From: the human T2T-CHM13v2.0 reference genome, Homo sapiens
Direction: 5' to 3' (one strand)
Length of the DNA: 64,000 nucleotides
Assembly: GCF_009914755.1 (NCBI RefSeq)
Contig: NC_060941.1
The translations under genes were made by a program, and so were the position numbers. The notes beneath the pieces were generated by a model, which saw only the letters and a program-made list of their open reading frames with translations, did not search any database and was not told the origin of the DNA. Shown here piece by piece: positions 1-13,800 of the stretch. Each line of letters starts with the position of its first letter. The stretch's first letter is position 1.

Positions 1-627
1 TTTTGAAACAGATGACTTAGACTGCTAAACCATCATGGGGCTAAGATTTATTTTCCCCTACTTGGACTAAGTCACAAAGACCCAATTTGCACAGTAGAGA
101 AAAGGAAGAAAATATTTTTTTTTGGTGAGCTCACCTCACCTCTGCCAGTGGAAAACCTACCAATATCTCAGAATTTGCACGAGTGAATTGGGCCATGCCA
201 CGCCATCTCTGATATTCCAGAGCAGGAATTGTTTATCTTTTCCAAATTTTCACAGCACTTTCTGTCTCTGCACCTCTTCAGTGGCACTTATTGTGAGACT
301 TATGTCCCTTCCTAAAGTGCAAACTCTCTGAAATCTTAGTAATTACTCAAGGTGGAGAGGAAGGACCCTGTGGACAGGGAGTGACTTGAAATGCTGGAAA
401 GGAAAGAAGAAGCACAGGAGCGAATCCTTCAGGAACCAAGAAGGATGGAACAAGGTTCCAAACTGGAATAGTCTTCCCTGCATAGGAACACCAAGCAATT
501 GGGAATTTCCTGTAAGCTTCACTGGAAGCCAGCTAAGCCTGTAAGGGCTTCTGTTGGAATTCAGCGTCAGGCATAGAACTCTAGTGAATGTGCCTGAAGA
601 AAATCCTATCCAAAGTTTTTGGCATAA

Positions 628-770
628 GCAAGTCACTTAACTTCTCTATGCCTCAGGGTTCTCATCTATGTGATAGGATTAATCATAGAATCTACCTCAT
701 AAAATTGTTGTGGGAATCAACTATCATAATCAATGAAAAGTACTGAGCACCTAGCCAGCCTGGCATACTG
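628..770 (+). mobile_element. MIR SINE fragment
   Basis: gcaagtcacttaacttctctatgcctcag...ctcatct...ctacctcataaaattgttgtg resembles the MIR core. Confidence 0.75.
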
Positions 771-954
771 TTCCCCAACCTTCCCAAATTTATCCACTAG
801 GAATTGTAATAGAGTAGATTTGAGTTGCAGCCTGGGAGTCCATGTGTTCAGCAAGCATAGTTAAGAAGTTCTTGTTTTCAGGCAAATTCGGGAAGCAATG
901 CTGTAGCAATAGTAATAGCTCAATAAAGAGTAGTTATTTTTATTATGCTACCTT

Positions 955-1002
955 CATCATCATTAACTTATCATTATCATCATCATCACCACCACCACCA
1001 CC
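955..1002. repeat. (CAT)n/(CAC)n simple repeat
   Basis: catcatcat...catcatcatcaccaccaccaccacca. Confidence 0.8.
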
Positions 1003-2209
1003 AGGAATTGAAGATAATGTTAGGGAAAAGATTCAGCAACAATAACAGATTCTATAAGCATCATTGAATCAGTTATCTTGACTTTGGTCTGATACGAAGT
1101 TATTTTCACTGTTTGTAGAACCAGTAGACAGGTAACCAACTCCAACTCACTCCCGATTTGAATCTCAAGGCGATTATTTCCATTTTACTCTTATTTAGGT
1201 GAGGAGGGATCTTAACTTAGAACAAGAACTTGGGCCTTGCTCAATAAATTCAGTGGCTATAAATCTAATCCATGATTCATTTCCATTTTTACCCTGGGGA
1301 TGAACACAGAGGAGTCTACGCAGTGCTAATTACCACGTTTTGACTGGGGCACCCCAAAGAAGGAAAGAATCACAGGACCACTCCTTAAAGGGACTGAAAA
1401 ATCTCATTGTCCAGTACTTTCACGTAGGGGCTTCTGCCCCTTTTAACTACTGAAACTACCATGTATCCATTCTTAGACAGCCAGGGCAATGCTTTTTATA
1501 AACTCCTATCTGTATCTGATTGCTTTAATGGTTCTCAAAACTCCTTACGATCAGTTACACTTATTTTATTTTCTATTTTATGCGATGTTGTTTTCTTGTT
1601 TTTTTTTCCCCCAATCCTTACACCTGACTCCTACGAAGAAGAAACCAAATCGTGTTATTCATTGTACTTACTCCAGTGTCTAGCATAGACTTTCTTTCTA
1701 GTATCAGTGAAAAGATTCAATTGTATCCAACTATAAGGTGTCTTAATTTAAACTTCTTTATTTTGAGTGTACCTGCCTAAAGCACCTGACTGTTGTTTTT
1801 CTACTTCTTTACATATTTGTTGTTAAAATAATAACAACAGTAGATTGCTCTAAGGGGATGCTACATTAAGATGGCATCTAGTCCAAAGGGCCTTTAAATA
1901 ATTGAATTTCCTTCATCTCAGGGGTGCCATCTTTTAAGGGGAAAAAATGAATAGGGAACAGTGGCGAGGAAAAACAAAGCAACTATTTTTAGCTTGTCCT
2001 CTGGCCCAAAATATTTATCTAGAGCTCCCAGAAGCTGGGCTGGATTATGTAAAATGCTTTACCTAGCCCCAGCTACCATATGTCTTACCACCAAAGCACA
2101 ACCTAAGGTCTCAAAACTTGCTACTCCCGTTAAGTAAAAATTACATTCTGTAGTGCCAAAGAAAAAGCCCCCAGAAAGACAGAGAATAACAGTGTCTTTT
2201 ACTTAGGAT

Positions 2210-2558
2210 AGGGCGGCTCTATATCAAAGAGTTACAGCTAAGCAGGATTAAGGCTGATTTCTCACATCAAAATACGATGTATGAGTTGGTAGAAGAGGAC
2301 TCTTCTCCATGCAGTGTTTCAGGGATCTATAATTCTTCTAGTGACTCCCCCATCTTTTAAGGTTCTGGAGGCCACCCATGAATGGAAGGAAAGATGTATC
2401 ATGGAGCAATGCTGGGGTTGAGATAGTATAGATCACTTGAGACCACATTCAAGAATCCAGCCACAGGACAACCCTTTGTTATAAGAGAGGCACCTCGCTA
2501 TGTGCACAGGAGAGAAAGAGAAGTGTCTTGGAGAACTCTTAGCCAGTCTCTGTTACAG
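2210..2558 (-). mobile_element. Old MaLR (MLT1-type) LTR relic
   Basis: End gaactcttagccagtctctgttaca resembles the reverse-complemented start of MLT1K/L-type LTRs; heavily diverged. Confidence 0.45.
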
Positions 2559-3094
2559 ACAGTGAGTACATGTGCCCCAAACCTATAGAGTAGCTGACCC
2601 AACCACGTACTCAAGGTTGTTGTAGAAAGTGTGGTGTCTGCAAAAGGGAAAATAAAAGGCAGTGTTTGGAAGAAGACAGAGAAAACGGATTCCCACACAT
2701 CCTGAACTTTCAGTCCTAGTAAAAGTGGCCAACCCCAGTATTCTGGGATCTGAATTATTAGATCAATATTCTATTTTTTCAAAAGAGTAACAGAATTAAG
2801 AGCTTGTGGGTATGGGGCAGATAAGTCCTTTCTTCAGCTAGCAGAAAATGCTTGGTTTCCCTCAAAATCTGTGTTCTTAATGTAATTTCTCCCTATTTCT
2901 AATTTGGCTTCCCATTGAATACTCAGGCACAGTTCTAGAAGCGAGAAATATTATCTATGGTATATATACCATCATAATAAAACTATGGGTTTTCAAAGTA
3001 CAATTTTGTTATTTTCTTCCCTAGGGACTATGTCTTCAATTCAGATAATGTGTCACCAGGTGGACGATAATGGTGACAGTTGATAGCCAGCATC

Positions 3095-3305
3095 TACCTT
3101 TATTTTATGCCAGAAACTATTCTAGACATTTTACAGTTACCTACTTCATTCCTCTAACAACCTATAAGGTAGGCCTTATTACTATTTTCTGCAGCTTACA
3201 GCTTTGGAAATTGAAACACAAGGTTAGGTAACTTGTCCAAGGTCACACAGTCATCACTGGGGCCAGAATTCCAACCAAAAAAAGAACTAGGTCTTAACCA
3301 CTGCA
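3095..3305 (-). mobile_element. MIR SINE
   Basis: aacaacctataaggtagg...ggttaggtaacttgtccaaggtcacacag...cttaaccactg. Confidence 0.8.
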
Positions 3306-4389
3306 TTCAACCACTTTGGTGCCAAAAGCTGAACATCCCCTAAGAGTATTTAAGAAAGGAACATAGACAATCGTGATTTTGTACTCAATTATTTTTTTCT
3401 ATCAAAAATAGAGCTTTTGAGTTTATCTAATCAGCAAAGCATAACACTAGTGTTACCATAGCATTACATTTTTAAAAGTTTAGAGCAAGATATACAAATC
3501 TAATTTTCTAGATACAAGTAATCACCTTTCCCACCAATCCTAACAAGAAATCTTAATCCTTTCCTTCTGTAGTTTATACTGATTTAAAACAAGAACTTTT
3601 TGTTCCTTTTATTTCCTATTTATGGTACTTTTTAATTCTTTCATTCCTTAGACGTTTACTTCATGAAACTTATAGCATTACATTTCTGAAAATCACAGAA
3701 AAGAATTTAACTCCTTTATTTCTACTTTCTATCAATAACCTCTTAAATATGGAATACCCTATAAAATTTTTTCTTCCGCAGGAAAAAAATAATCAGAGCA
3801 CATTCAAATGCCTTGCATATTTTCATTATTTTCCTTTCATTCAGAAGAATTTCCTCCATTGATCAGTTGCTTTACTTCATTATGTCTCTATGTCATTTGA
3901 GACCTAAAGCTCCCATGTTTCCTGTTCGTTATTTGCCATTGCACTAGTGAGGACATGCAGTGTACTGCGAAAGGAAGAGGACATCACTTTCCTTACTCCA
4001 GATCTTCTGGGAAAAGCATTAAGTGTTTCAACCATTACTTATTATGTTAGTTTAGTGAATTTTTTTAGATGTTCTTTATCAGACTGAGAAAGTTCTTTTC
4101 TGTTCCTAGCTTGCCGATAGTTAATATCATGAAGGGATGTCGAATTTTGTTAAATGGCTTTTCTATATCAATTGAAATGATCATATGATTTTCCTTCTTG
4201 AGACTGCTATTGTGGTGGATTACATTGACTGATTTTTGAATATCGACTTATACTTACATTTCCAAGATAAACTTCATATAGTTGCAGTGCATTCTTTATT
4301 TTTTTACACATTGTTGAACAAATCCGCTTTTTTAAAAAATTCAGAATTTGTGCATCTATGCTTATGAGGGATATTAGTCAATAGTTTCC

Positions 4390-4695
4390 TTTTTTTTTTT
4401 TTTTTTTTTCAGACAGAGTCTCACACTGTCACCTAAGCTGGAGTGGAGTGCAGTGGCACAATCACAGCTCACTGCAGCCTCAACCTCCCAGGCTCAAGCA
4501 CTCCCCCCACCTCAGCCTCCTGAGTAGCTAGGACTACAAGCACGCACTACCATGCCCAGCTAATTTTTGTAATTTTCGCAGAGACAGAGTTTTGCCATGT
4601 TACCCAGGCTGGTGTCAAACTCCTGAGCTCAAGTGACTGTGCAACTCAGCATCCCAAAGTGCTGGGATTAGAGGCATGAGCCACCACGCCTGGCC
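4390..4695 (-). mobile_element. AluJ
   Basis: Poly-T tail, then gcacaatcacagctcactgcagcctcaacctcccaggctcaagc and ctcctgagctcaagtg (J-type diagnostics). Confidence 0.92.
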
Positions 4696-4706
4696 CAGTC
4701 TATAGA

Positions 4707-4884
4707 TTCTCCTTCCTTCCTTCCTTCCTTCCTTCCTTCCTTCCTTCCTCCCTCCCTCCCTCCCTCCCTCCCTCCCTCCCTTCTTCCCTCTCTCCCTCCC
4801 TCCCTTCCCCACCCGCATTCCTTCCTTCCTTCCTTCCTCTCTTCCTCCCTTCCTCCTTTTCTTCCTTCCTCTCTTTCCTTCTTC
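4707..4884. repeat. (CCTT)n/(CCCT)n polypyrimidine tract
   Basis: Near-pure C/T run of ~180 bp. Confidence 0.95.
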
Positions 4885-6289
4885 TACTTGTCTGGTTTTA
4901 GAATCAGAGTTATGATGATCTCATAAATTGAGTTGGGAAGTGTTTTCTCTTCTACATTTTAGAAGAGATATTGTAGAATTGATGTTCTTTTAAAATGTTT
5001 AATAAAATTATTCATAAATAACATGGGCCTGGAGAATTTTGTCAGATAGTCTTAAACTGCAAATTCAGTTATAGGGCTATTTAAGTTGTCTATTACATTT
5101 TGAGTGAGTTTAGGTAATTTGTGTTTTTCAAGGAATTGATCCCTTTTGCCTAACTTGTCAAAAATGTGTGTATATAATTATTCACAGTATCCCCTATATT
5201 CCCCTATTATTATTAAATGCCAGTGGGGTCTGTAGGGATAACCTCTTTCAGTCCTGATACTGGCAATTTATTCTTGCCTTCTTTTTGTCTTTGTCCTTGC
5301 TGAAAGTTTATGGATTTTATTGATCTTTTTAAAGAACCAGATTTGGGTTTCTTTGAATTTCTCTATTATTTTTCTGTTTTCAATTTTCTCTATTTCTACC
5401 ACTATATTATTTATTTTCTTATTTTTGTTTGAGTTTATTTTGCTCTTCTTAAGATGGAAGCTTAGATAACTTGTATAAGGCATCTCTTTTCTAATATAAG
5501 CTTTTAATGTTATAAATTTTTCTCTAAGCCCTGCTTTAGTTGTAGCTCACAAATTTTGGTATATTTTATTTTCATTTTTGTTTAATAGAAATTATTTTCT
5601 AATTTTTTCTTTTTGACTCAGATTATTTAGAAGCATGTTATTTAATTTCCAAGTGTTTGGATATTTTTCTCTTATGCTTCCTGTTATCCTGTTCCTGATT
5701 TCTAGTTTATTTTTATTATGATTCAAGGAAAATACTTTGTCTGATTTTAGATTTTATTTTTTACATAATTCTAACTTTTTGTTAATGTTTCTTTTATGAA
5801 CAAGATATGGTCTACCTTGACTATTCCATGTACTTCTGAAAAGATTGTGTGTTCCACTGTTATGGGTAGAATGATTTTTTAATACTATTTAGATTTACTT
5901 AGTTGATGATCAGCTCAATTCTTCTGTATCCTTGTTGGTTTTTTATAAGTTCTGCATATTACTGAGAGAGGAGTGTTGAACTCTCCAAATATAATTGTGG
6001 ATTTTTAAAATTTCTCCTTTCACTTTCATGAATTTTGCATCATGTTTTTGAAAGCGTTGTCAGTAGGTACACACATACATTGGATTATTATTTCTTCATG
6101 ATGAACTGACCCTTATATCATCATATAATGTCTCTCTTTATCCCTGGTCATCTTATTCACTCTGAAATCTATGTCTGATCAGTTTTCTTTTGATCAGTGT
6201 TTCCACGGTATACCGTTTCTTTCTTTCTCTCCTTCCTTCCTTTCTTTCTTTCTTTCTTTTTTTGTTTTATGATCTCTGTTTTAATGTTT

Positions 6290-7440
6290 GGGTTATTTTT
6301 ATTTTTTTTTATTTTAGTAGGTTTTTGGGGAACAGGTGGTGTTTGGTTACATGGATAAGTTCTTTAGTGGTGATTTCTGAGATTTGATGCACCCATCACC
6401 CAGGCAGTGTAAACTGTACCCCACATGCAGTCTTTTATCCCCCTCCCACCATTTCCCCTGAGGCCCCAAAGTCCATTGTATCATCCTGATGCCTTTGCCT
6501 CCTCATAGCTTAGCTCCCACTTATGAGTGAGAACATATGATGCTTGGTTTTCCATTCCTGAGTTACCTCACTTAGAATGATGGTCTCCAATTTCATCCAG
6601 GTTGCTGTGAATGCTATTATTTTATTTCTTTTTATGGCTGAGTAATATTCCATGGTGTATATATATATACCACATTTTTTTATCCACTTGTTGATTGATG
6701 GGCATTTGGGCTGGTTCCATATTTTTGCAACTGCAAATTGTGCTGCTATAAACATGTGTTTGGAAGTATCTTTTTCATATAATGACTTCCTTTCCTCTGG
6801 GTAGGTATCTATTAGTGGGATTGCTGGATCATACAGTAGATCTACTTTTAGTTCTTTAAGAAATCTCCACACTCTTTTCCTTACTGGTTGTACTAGTTTA
6901 CATTCCCACCAACAGTGTAAAAGTGTTCCCTTTTCACCACATGCATGCCAACATATATACATTTTTATTTTTTTATTGTGGCCATTCTTGCAGGAGTGAG
7001 ATGGTATCACATTTTGGTTTTGATTTGCATTTTCCCTGACTATTAGTAAGTTGAGCATTTTCCATATGCATGTTGGCCATTTGTATCTTTTCTTTTGAAA
7101 ATTGTCTATTCATGTCCTTAGCCTACTTTTTGATAGAATTGTTTGTTTTTTTCTTGCTGATCTGTTTGAGTTCTTTGTATATTCTGGATATTAGTTCTTT
7201 GTTGGATGTGTAGATTGCAAAGATTTTCTCCCATTCTGTGTGTTGTCTGTTAACTCTGCTGATTATTTATTTTGCTGTGCAGCTTTTTAGTTTAATTAAG
7301 TCCCATCTATTTATATTTGTTTTTGTTGCATTTGCTTTGGGTTCTTGGTCATGAAGTCTTTGCCTAAGCCAATGTCTAGAAGGGTTTTTCCAATGTTATC
7401 TTCTATAATTTTTAAGGTTTCAGGTCTTAGATTTAAGTCT
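6290..7440 (-). mobile_element. L1PB-type 3' end (5'-truncated)
   Basis: ggggaacaggtggtgtttggttacatggataagttctttagtggtgatttctgag 3'UTR; ORF 6510-7058 carries the ORF2p C-terminus ([15 protein letters not shown]...HMFSLISGS). Confidence 0.9.
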
Positions 7441-7785
7441 ATGGTATGTCTTTTTTATTTATTAAGGCCTAATTTACTTATTATTTTGCAAATGAGTCTT
7501 GTAAATAGCATGTCATTGGATCATTCAAAAAATATATTTTGACAATTTCTGTTATTTAGTTTGTATGTTTAGATCATGTACATTTAGTGTAATTCTTTAT
7601 GTTTAAAGTTAGATCTATTATTTTACTATTTGTTTTCTGTTTAGTCTCTGGTTTTTGTTCCTCTATTTTCTCATTTTCTCTTTCCTATCTTCTTTTGGGT
7701 TTTTTTTTTTTTTACATTATTTAGCATTCCATTTTAACTTATCTACTGTATTTTTTACTCTATTTTACACATATATTTCTTTCTT

Positions 7786-7803
7786 TGTGTGTGTGTGTGT
7801 GTG
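7786..7803. repeat. (TG)n microsatellite
   Basis: tgtgtgtgtgtgtgtgtg. Confidence 0.85.
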
Positions 7804-8721
7804 ATTACTACATATTTACCTTTTCTCACTGTCCAGTTTTATAGTGGAATGTAAAAACTTTACCATTATGTAGGTCCTTTTATGTTGTAACTGTCTTGTA
7901 TATTATATCTACATACATTGAATACTCCAGCTGACAATATTGTCATTGTTTTCTTTTAGCCATTTAATATATTTTAAACTCAAGAGGAAAAATAATCTCT
8001 TTTATTTATCTAGTTATTTACCATTTCTGTTCCTCTTCTTTTAATCCTTGATATTTTGAAATTTCTTCCTAGTATCTCTTTTCTTCAGTTGCAATGGCTT
8101 CATTTAGCAATTTGTTTAGAGTAGATCTCCTGACAATTTTATCTCAACTTTTCTTCATGTAAGAATGTTTTACTTTCACCTTCATTTCTGAAGAAAATTT
8201 TTCTGGACCTAGACTTCTTAGTTGATAGTTCTTTTCTTTAACACTTAAAAATTTCCACTACCATTTGGCTTACATAGTTTCTAAAGAGAAATATATTCTT
8301 ATTTGAATCTTTGTTCCTCTAGTTAGAAGTAGTATGCCATTTTTCTCTGGTTGCTTTCAAGATTTTTTCTTTGTTTTTAGTTTTCAGAAACTTGAGATAC
8401 CCCTAAGTGCTCATTTCTTTAATTAATTCTGTTTGGGGTTCTCTACACTTATATCTCTAGGTTTATTTCTTTTTTTCCAAACTTGGGAAGTTTTCAGCCA
8501 TTGCTTCTTCAGTTTTTTTTCCACGCCATACTCCTTCTCCTTCTAGGACTACAATGACATGAACATGAGATTTTCGTTATTGTCCCACAGGCCCTGAGAG
8601 TCTGTTCTATTTTTCCAATCTTTTTTTCTCTCTCTCACTCAGCTTAGATTGTGTTTATTGATTTAGCTCTATCTTTTTTTTCTAAGTAAAGGTATCCTTA
8701 GATTTCATGAGATGGTGATAA

Positions 8722-9530
8722 AAATCCCAATTGATAGACAGGCTGATTTTTAAAATTTATATGAAAAGGTGAAGGAACAGGAACTGGAATAACCAAACAG
8801 TATTGAAAAAAGAAAACTAAAGTTAAAGAAATTGTTTTTTCAATTTCAAAAATTTTGTTATAAATCTACAGTAATCAAGACAGTAGTATTAGAGAAAAGA
8901 TAGATACAATGATCAATGCAATAGAATAAAAGTCTAGAAACAGATCCACGCAAATATGGACAAATGATTTTTCACAAAGATGTGAAGACAATTCAACAGA
9001 AAAAGGACAGTATTGTCAACAAATGGTGGTGAAACAATTTAGCATTCATATACAAGAAAATAAACGTCTAACTAAATCTCACACCTTATTCAAAAACTAA
9101 CTGAAAATGTATCATAGATGTGAATGTTAAATGTAAAACTATAAAACTTTTAGAAGAAAACAGAAAAAAAATCTTCATGACTTTTGGTTAGATGAAGAGT
9201 TCTTAGATACAACACCAAAACCATAATCCCTAAAAGAAAAAAAATGATATACTGGAATTCATTAAAATTAAAATTTTGCTCTGAGACAGACACTAAGAGA
9301 TGAATAGACAATCTACAGACTTGAAAAGAATGTTTTAAAATCACATACCTGACAAAGAACTTGTATCCCAACCGTATAAAGAACTCTCAAAATTCAGTAG
9401 TAAGAAAACATCTAACTGAAGCAAAACATGGGCAAAATATTTGAATAGACACCTCACCAAAGCGAGTGTACAGAAGGAAGAAATAAGCACATGGGAAGAT
9501 ATTCAACATCATTTGCCATTAGGACAATTC
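8722..9530 (+). mobile_element. Old L1M ORF2 3'-region fragment, sense
   Basis: ctacagtaatcaagacag, gtcaacaaatggtggtgaaacaa, atctcacaccttattcaaaaactaactgaaaatg are L1 ORF2 motifs. Confidence 0.85.
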
Positions 9531-10159
9531 CCACTGGAAACCAGAGCATTTGGATTCAGATGCTTTACCACATTAGAATTTCACTTATGGAGGAAATCAT
9601 TATTATCAACAGGTATTGAAATATTAAACTTGCGCCATCAGAAAAGTTGTTAACAGAGAGTAGAAACACAAATTCAAAATTGGTTACTCAAAGAGGGAAG
9701 AGAGGCTGGTGCTGGCAGCTTCTTTTACTCTGGAGAATAAAGCCCAGAAGGTCTGATTTGGACCCAAGCCAAAACACCTGAAAAACTAGGATTCGGCATC
9801 TAAGCAAGTGCACTAGTACTAGTCAAAGAGCTCTTCCAACAAAAATCAATTTTATTATAAAATTCTGTCACCTTCTAAAACCAAGTTCTCGGGAGATGTC
9901 TTCTAGGGTCTCACAGGATAGGTGACTTGAGCTACACATACATAGGAGCAAATAGATGCAGCTATCTGAAGGAGGCAACCAACTGACAAATGGAGACCCC
10001 TATAAACTCTGACACATCAATTGCATGGCTGAGAATCCAGGTATAGAAAGTTGGAAAAAAGAAAAAAGTAGACGCAAGAGAGCTTGTGATTTGTAAAGAC
10101 ATTTTTGAATACAGTCTCCATTTTCTCAGCTATCTTCCTCAAGAAAGTTAGAAGTTTTG

Positions 10160-10568
<409 letters not shown>

Positions 10569-10602
10569 TTATACAATGCTATGTTTTATGCTAACTTTCA
10601 AT

Positions 10603-10820
10603 AGTGTAGTAAAGAGTGAATTCTCAGGAATCAGGTAGCCTGGAATGGAATATCAACTCTATCACTTCCCAATAATGTGACCTTGACTTTTCTTGGGCAA
10701 GTGACTTGACTTTTCCTCAGTTTCCTCCACTGTAAAATGGCCATAATAATACTTACTACATGGTTTAATAGTTATAAAGCACTTGGAATAACTCCTAATA
10801 GGTGCTGGCTCAATAAACTA
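10603..10820 (+). mobile_element. MIR SINE
   Basis: tgtgaccttg...gggcaagtgactt...cctcagtttcctccactgtaaaatgg...gctcaataaa. Confidence 0.8.
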
Positions 10821-13800
10821 CATCATCATCATCATCCTCATGTCATCCCAAGACAACCGTGCTTTTATATTTCCAATAGAGACTTTTATGTTGCCCTTAG
10901 CTGTGATTAACTCGCTACACAGGAACATGTCAGCTGAGTGGGAGGCAGAAATCACCTGCAGAAATAGTTCCCCTACCTTGTAACTTTTAGGAAGAGAGAG
11001 AAAAATTGCTTCACTTACTTAATTGTAGGATACCCTGAAAACCTTCCTACCAGGAAAAATGAAAGCCTTCCTTCTTTCCATCTTTCTTAAGTGTGCATGA
11101 AATTGATTCTATATGCTTATTAAATCTGAAAGAGAAATTTCATGATACAAGCACTTCCTGCAATTGAATGGTCTTTGAGAACTCATATTGACTATAATTC
11201 ATCTGGAGAGTGGCCACACAGTTTGACAAGAAACCCCGGCCTGTCTGTGCAGGCTGCTGAAGTGTGTTTCTGCACCTGCCTCACACAAGACTGTCTGTTT
11301 CTTTTTTAAGGCAATTAAAATATTTGTAATACACATATTGAAGACACACACTGCACCTTTGGGTCTTGAGCTGTGTGGGGTGTGGGAGAATGAAAGAGCA
11401 TCAGAGGGAAATTGTGTGTAGGGGAGAGCCCGGTCTTAATTAAGACACGGACATGAGAAAATATTTACTGAAGAATGTGGTGATGTGGAGGAGCTTGGTA
11501 GTCAGGAAAAGTATTGTTTTGTGTTTTTTATCCCCAAATGGTAGGGTGAAAAGGTTTTGGGGAGAGAGAGATGGGAGACTGGCTCAGGAGGGAGGAAGCA
11601 CAGAGCAAGTGAAAAGAAGTCTACAGATGGCCAGAGGGTGTGGTGGGCATGGCTGGACTCAAGAGCCTAAGGGTTCCCCTGGATGGTGGGACATTCAGAC
11701 TAGCTGTGGCCCTGGCATGGGGCAGAAGGGCCTCAGCTTACACAAGATGGATGGGCCTGGGGGGTGGGGCAGAAAATGCTTTTCTCTTACACCCAGGGAC
11801 ACAGACAAAAGTGGGAGTGAAGATATCTGATGTTCAAGATGGGAGTAAAGAAGCAGGGGCGAAACCTAAAAGCAGGAATCCTTGCTGGTCCTTTGCAGTG
11901 CCTAGATTGGGCTGTCGCCCGCATTTACTTGGAACTGTGTGTTGGTCTCCTGGCAGCTCTCTCCATCTGTCCTTGCTCCCTCCCTCTCACTACCCCCAGA
12001 GGGATCATTCTTGTGTGTGAGACAGATCACATTACAAAACCCCTCCACCCATCCTCGGTCCCTTTGGGCAGCGGCTCCTCTGTCATTCATGGGTGCTGAA
12101 CCAGTTTCTATGCTCCATTCCTCAGGTGGCAGGTTTTTATACTTTTTATTTTCTGCACAGTTTCTGTAAATTTGGACCCTGAATCTATAATAACAAGTTG
12201 AACAGGGCTTTCAACTTCTTATAAGAGCTGTTTTTTTGTTGTTTTTTTTTTTTCCATCCAAGGCATCACATGGAAGGCGAGCCCTCTCTTCACTTTGCTG
12301 GACCAGTGAGCCACAGCCTTTATCTGGCAGGGCCCTCCTAGAGACTCCACACTTTATGGAGGGGTCTAGTTCTAGCTTCCTTGCCTTGGCAATGAATAAA
12401 GCTGTGCCTTCTTTCCCCAGCTCATGCTAGGATCCCAGGGTCCCGGCCCCTAAGCTCTGCATTCGGATCTGAGCTTTCCAGTTACTCTTACCATTTGGAT
12501 ATTAAATTTCTTCTTTTTTCTTTTGGCATCTAGTGATTTCCTTTATTTTTTATGAGTTCTTCTATGCATGTGAAATTTTTTTTATATTCTATGCATTATT
12601 TCTAATGCTTCTACTCAAGGAAGAACATTCATATCGGTAAGTCACCACAAGTTCCATGGTTCCCAGGCAGATTTTTCAGGATTGCATTTCTGACACTTCA
12701 CTCCCTGTGTTTGTTTATGTGTCTGTCTCCCTTCAGAAGTTACTCTGAGGTTGACAGCATAGCTTATCTGGGTTTATATCCTGGTGCCTAATACACCACA
12801 TGGAAGGTGCTAATTAAATCATGGGATGAATCAAAGAGAGAGAGAGGGATAGTTTAACATGTGTTAGGCTCAAAGTGGAACTTTTGTTGTTGCTGTTATT
12901 TTGTTTTTTGAGCCACACTATTGAAAGCTATTACTGTTTGTTTAATATGAGATAGAGTCAGATCAGTGAACACAGTTTTGAGAAACATACAACTGATACC
13001 TCATCATAGTACTTATTAAGGGTAGCGGTTTAAGAACTGCAGAAAGTCAAACATAAATCCTCTAAGAACCCCACTGTTTTAATTTGTGTTTGCAACTGAA
13101 GTCAGCCACACCTCCTTGGGCTGATCTTAAAATAATTCTTTACTCAAAAAGTCACAGTATCCTGGCACTTAACAATAACATAAGAGAGCCCCAGCCCGGA
13201 GCGACTGTTTGTTTTGATAGGAACAGAAACAACTCTTTTTTAATGAACATAAAGCTCTCGATAGGTTTGGGGGTTTTATTCAGCTGTTTTCTGAATCTCT
13301 CAAAGCTCGTCTTATGAAATTTTAGCAAGATCTGACCCGTCCCCTCCCTAGCCTGGATGCCTCCCTGAGGTTGCTGTTCACCACCACTGAGCTCAGACAG
13401 ACAGACGGACAAACAGATGGGCCTTGCTGACCAGGGAGCTTCGATTTCCTCTCATTTGCTTTGGATCCCTGCAGCAAAAGTGTTCTGTCCCAGAGCCTTG
13501 TCTGTGTACCAGAAATGACACACAACTCTCAAAGACGTGGTGCTTGTCTGCCAGGACTTGAATTCAGAGGAGATAACACCAGCCAAGGCACAGCAGGGCC
13601 TGGAGACCCTTGCTCTGTCCACTGAAGTATGGCAGACATTTAATCCCTTCTTCCAATGCAAGAAGGAATAGGCAGGGGCGGGAAGGTAGAAGAGCAGGTG
13701 TCTGAAACCCCCAGAGGACCTCCGTGGTGAGTGGGTCCTGAACCAGCATGCCAGGTTGACACAAGGCCATGACCTCCACACTCAGTCCTCTCTGGGCAAC

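Larger units (their letters stand above)
3920..8670 (-). mobile_element. Old L1M (MC/MD/ME-type) fragment, antisense, interrupted by AluJ, (CCTT)n and L1PB
   Basis: Antisense of the RT-domain region at ~3940-4020 (gaggacatcactttccttactccagatcttctgggaaaagcatt); T-rich antisense ORF2/ORF1-like sequence to ~8670; ORF 5268-5483 (IEKIENRKIIEKFKETQIWFFKKINKI) resembles L1 ORF2p. Confidence 0.75.

Noticed and set aside
6510-7058. 182-aa ORF, longest in the window
   Set aside because: Frameshifted L1 ORF2p C-terminus within a truncated L1PB, not a host gene.
11453-12169. Overlapping 62-126 aa ORFs in a G-rich stretch
   Set aside because: No recognisable domain, open in several frames because of composition, no exon structure.
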